Assembly (NCBI RefSeq): GCF_009914755.1
Contig: NC_060928.1
DNA length: 64,000 nucleotides
Source of the DNA: the human T2T-CHM13v2.0 reference genome, Homo sapiens
Direction: 5' to 3' (one strand)
This document shows positions 60,215 through 64,000 of the stretch, one piece after another (within the stretch, counting starts at the first letter, position 1; every line of letters begins with the position of its first letter). The notes below the pieces were generated by a model. It worked only from the letters and a program-made list of their open reading frames with translations, did no database searches and was not told the DNA's origin. The position numbers and the translations under genes were made by a program.

Positions 60215-60449
60215 TAAATTCAAGATGGAGGCGCTTTCCTACTGGTTATGCTTCCACCTCAGAAGATGAATTTGGATCAGACCATAATTCCCCTAAACAT
60301 ACCCATCTATGTACTTCTCCAGCCCTGAAAACCACTCGCTTGCAGAGCGCTGGATCAGCAATGCCTACTAGTTCTTCATTCAAACACCGGATTAAAGAGC
60401 AGGAAGACTACATCCGAGATTGGACTGCTCATCGAGAAGAGATAGCCAG
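60215..60449 (+). pseudogene. CEP170P1: CEP170-like exon ([10 protein letters not shown]...[13 protein letters not shown])
   Basis: Hand translation; ctaatttag acceptor, AG|GTTGGT donor. Confidence 0.92.
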
Positions 60450-62857
60450 GTTGGTTTTCAGGACTTATCTTTAAGAATTGAAAATTTCTATGAACATTAC
60501 AACTTGGTAACAAAGTTTAGCTTGTACTTGATTTTTACTAATAGTCTAAGAACTGAAATCCACAGATAACTGTGAACTCCGTTTAGTCAGTAGTATTACT
60601 CTCTATTCAGCTTTTTTTCTTTTTTTTCTATGCCTGTACCACTAACATATTGTAGAATTAATTTATTTTGACCTTTTCTCTCTCCCCCCTCCTCCCTTTT
60701 TAAGAATTTCTTTTAAAGATGGTGATAAGTAAGTGTAACTTTGAAAGGTAGGCAGTATCAGATCTACATAATTAAGAACTGCAGGCAATTTATGGATTAC
60801 TTCCCTTTAAACTTCCAAAGATGTAATAGTATACCTGTTAGAGATGTGGCTACTGCTCTCTGGAGAGAATTAGGGTAAGCAGATTTTCACTCATACTTTA
60901 TGAACTCATTAAGTATGGGCAGTTCAACCCTTTAGTAAGTAAAACAAAATATGACTATTTTGAAGATTAAATCTGTTTATAGTAACCTTTAGATTATGTA
61001 CAAAAAAAATTTATGCTGCAGATATGATTTTTAATTAATAACTTATGGAAATTAATAACTTACTATGGCTGAACTTTGAAGAGAGATTATACTCAAGCAG
61101 ATATTTTAGTAGTTAAAATATAAGGATTTTTTGTTTAAAGTTTGTGAGATGTTAGATTTTACTGCAGTATACCATATGTTACCTAAACATTTTCACTGTA
61201 TACATACTAAGCTTACTTCTGTCTTTAAGACCTTAATCTTCAAGTTGTATACTTGAGGACATTATTAAAGAGTTTATACATAATATTTCATAGATGCTTT
61301 TAAAAAACAAGAAACTTTTACTCTATGTTAATGTTCACCTTTTTTGTTCTTTATTTCATTGACTTCTGTGAATTGTGTTTTTTCTGGCTCATTGGTTTGA
61401 TGTAATGTTTAGTTTTTTATTTTTAAAGATTATTCACTTGTCATTGCTTTTATTCTTGGAGAGAACATGCCTTTCTAATCTCATTGTGCTGCTTAAAACA
61501 TTTTTGCTTTATCATACAAATAGCTTTTTAGGAGAGTAATTACTGAAGCATTTTAAGCCAGTTGTTCTAGTTAGAGGAAAGGCATATATGTGCTTTGGGA
61601 TCCATGGATCATAATGGGCCAGCAAAATGCTTGTAGTGAGAGCATCTTGACACATTTTTTGTACTTCCAGGCGCTGCTAGCAACAACAGGTCTTACTCTT
61701 GTCTCATCATTTTTCCCCTTCCCTTGAAAAAGATGTCCAGCTACACAAGATCCAGTGGTGCCTGTATGTCTAGATGCCTCCTGGCAGGAGGCCTCCTCTC
61801 TCAAGCTCCCTCTACCCCAAACTAGAAAGACTAAAAACCTTCTTCTGAGCCAAATACACTTCCCTACCCACAAATAAAAAAACAGTTGTAATACAAAGAG
61901 AAGAGGGAATAAGGGCTATACACTGTATTTTCACTTGGTTCCATTTTGCTATGTGCATAGTGTTACTATTATCAATGTGTACGTTTTATTATCTATGGCA
62001 GGACTTTAAGAACAGGCTATTTAACCTACAGTGATGTTCATGCCTTATCCCTCCAGTTTGTCAGTAGCACTATGCTAATAAAACTTGCCTTTGGGATTTT
62101 AATTTTTCAAGTTATACTTTCCAGCTATATATCTCAAAGCCAGAGAAGTGTTTTTTTTGTTTGTTTTATGTGGAGAAAAAAGGAGGGTGGTGGAAGGAAG
62201 GAAAGACACAAAATATGGAAGGAAATGTGGATATTTAATGTTTCTATAGAGCAGTGATAAGTTTGCTTAGGGTGAGAAAATGTATTTTCAAATGGCTATG
62301 AATCACAAACTAAGTAGAATATGAGAAATAATTTTATTTATTTAAATGAACTACTGTCACCTGAAAGACTCCTGTGCTGAGAGCAATATTTGAAGAGTAA
62401 TAGATAAAGACACTTTTATTTGAAAAATATAATAGTGATTTTTAATTTATTACAAAAATGTTTTATGCTTTAGCATACTCTTTCTGTTTAGAATTTAGGA
62501 CTATTTCACTTGATCAGCACTTTGTTAATCTGTACATAGTAACTGTTTACCTGCATTTAAATTTAAAGCACAAAAGCAAGCTCCATTTAGAATATGAAGT
62601 GTATAAGTGAGATATGGCATATTTGGCCTTCAGTTTGATGAGGGAAGGTTTCTTTCAGGTATCCCTGATGCATATGCTTTCGTAGCTCCTGCCTCAGTTT
62701 CTCTGTTATGAAAACAGATGTTGACTTCCATCGAGTAGGAATGTAAGACATGATGCAGGTTTTTATGAATATTAGGGTAAACAGAGCTACAATACCAGCT
62801 TTACAGATGACCAAATGAAATACATTCAACCTAAAAATTATACTGGAAGATTATCTA

Positions 62858-63835
62858 CAGTAACACCTCTAAGATAGTACAGGTTTGGTTTCAGACCGCT
62901 ATAGTAAGGCAAATATCTCAAAGCAAGTCACACAATTTTTTTTTCCTAGTGCATGTAAAAATTATGTTCACACTATACTGTGTGCAGTAACACTGCTTCT
63001 TAAAAAAAGTATATACCTAAACAAGTAAATATTTTATTGCTAAAAAACAGTAGTGATCATCTGAGCCTTCAGTAAGTCATCAGCTTTTTGTTGGCATAGG
63101 GTCTTACATCCCTGCTGATGACTGCGGACTTATTCAAGGGCAGTGGTTGCTGAAGGCTGGGATGACTGTGGCGATTTCTTAATTAAAAGAAGACAACAGT
63201 GAAGTCTGCCACGTTGATTGACTCTTCCTTTCATGGAAGATTTCCTTGTAGCAATGTGATGCTGTTTGATAGCATTTTACCCAGAGTAGAACTTCTTTCA
63301 AAACTGCAGTCAGTCCTCCCAGACCCTGCCGCTGGCTTATCGACTGAGTTTATGTAATATTCTGAATCCTTTGTTGTCATCTCAACAGTGCTCACAACAG
63401 CTTCACCAGTAGATTCTATTGCAAGATACCACTTTCTTTTCCCATCCATAAGAAGCAACTTCTCATCTGTTAATGTTTTACCACGAGATTGCAGCAATCC
63501 AGTCCCATATTCAGGCTCCACTTCTAACTCTAGTCTTTCTAGTTCTGTTTCTGTTTCCACCATATCTGCAGTGACTTCCTCCACTGAAGTCTTGAACCCT
63601 CAAAGTCATCCATGAGGGTTGGAATCAGTTTCTTCCAAACTCCTGTTAATCTTGATATTTTTACCTCCTCCATGAATCACAGATGTCCTTAATGGCATGT
63701 AGAATGGTGAATCCTTTCCAAAAGATTTTCAGTTTACTTTGTCCAGATCTATTAGAGGAATCATTACCTATGACAGCTATGTCTTGCAAAATGTATTTCT
63801 TAAATAAAGGAATACATTTTCTGCTTAGAAGACAA
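62858..63835 (-). mobile_element. Tigger1 DNA transposon remnant (3' part)
   Basis: ORFs 63231..63584 and 63661..63849 give degenerate Tigger1 transposase peptides (EEVTADMVE...LELEVEPE; [22 protein letters not shown]). Confidence 0.88.
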
Positions 63836-63839
63836 AATG

Positions 63840-64000
63840 GGCCAGGCACGGTGGCTCACGCCTGTAATCCCAGCACTTTGGGAGGCCGAGGCAGGCAGAT
63901 CACGAGGTCAGGAGATAGAGACCATCCTGGCTAACACAGTGAAACCCCGTCTCTACTAGAAATAGAAAAAATTAGCTGGGCATGGTGGTACGTGCCTGTA
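63840..64000 (+). mobile_element. Alu, truncated by window end
   Basis: Left arm and start of right arm. Confidence 0.92.

Noticed and set aside
63231-63584. Functional transposase ORF
   Set aside because: Short, fragmented Tigger1 remnant interrupted by an Alu

Overview
AT-rich primate (almost certainly human or great-ape) genomic DNA, with no prokaryotic features. The + strand carries an intron-containing copy of the centrosomal gene CEP170. It runs from the exon encoding the end of the FHA domain (4606) to the exon ending ...REEIAR (60449), and the gene continues beyond the window. The copy has two in-frame stops (TGA 17371-17373, TAA 51077-51079) and an acceptor reading AC instead of AG (43807-43808), so it is best read as the unprocessed, segmentally duplicated pseudogene CEP170P1. 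Notable splicing architecture visible in the sequence: a U12-type AT-AC intron (4685-15682) with a possible in-frame U2 bypass, a stop-free 186-nt exitron-like intron (30379-30564), an internal alternative acceptor (60323) and two candidate cryptic exons. The rest is typical interspersed repeats (about 20 Alus, L1, L2, MIR, ERV1 and MaLR LTRs, Tigger/MER DNA transposons). I found no convincing wholly new biological system; the findings are splicing and repeat-evolution leads. Comparisons to the parent protein and repeat subfamily names come from memory, and repeat boundaries are approximate.
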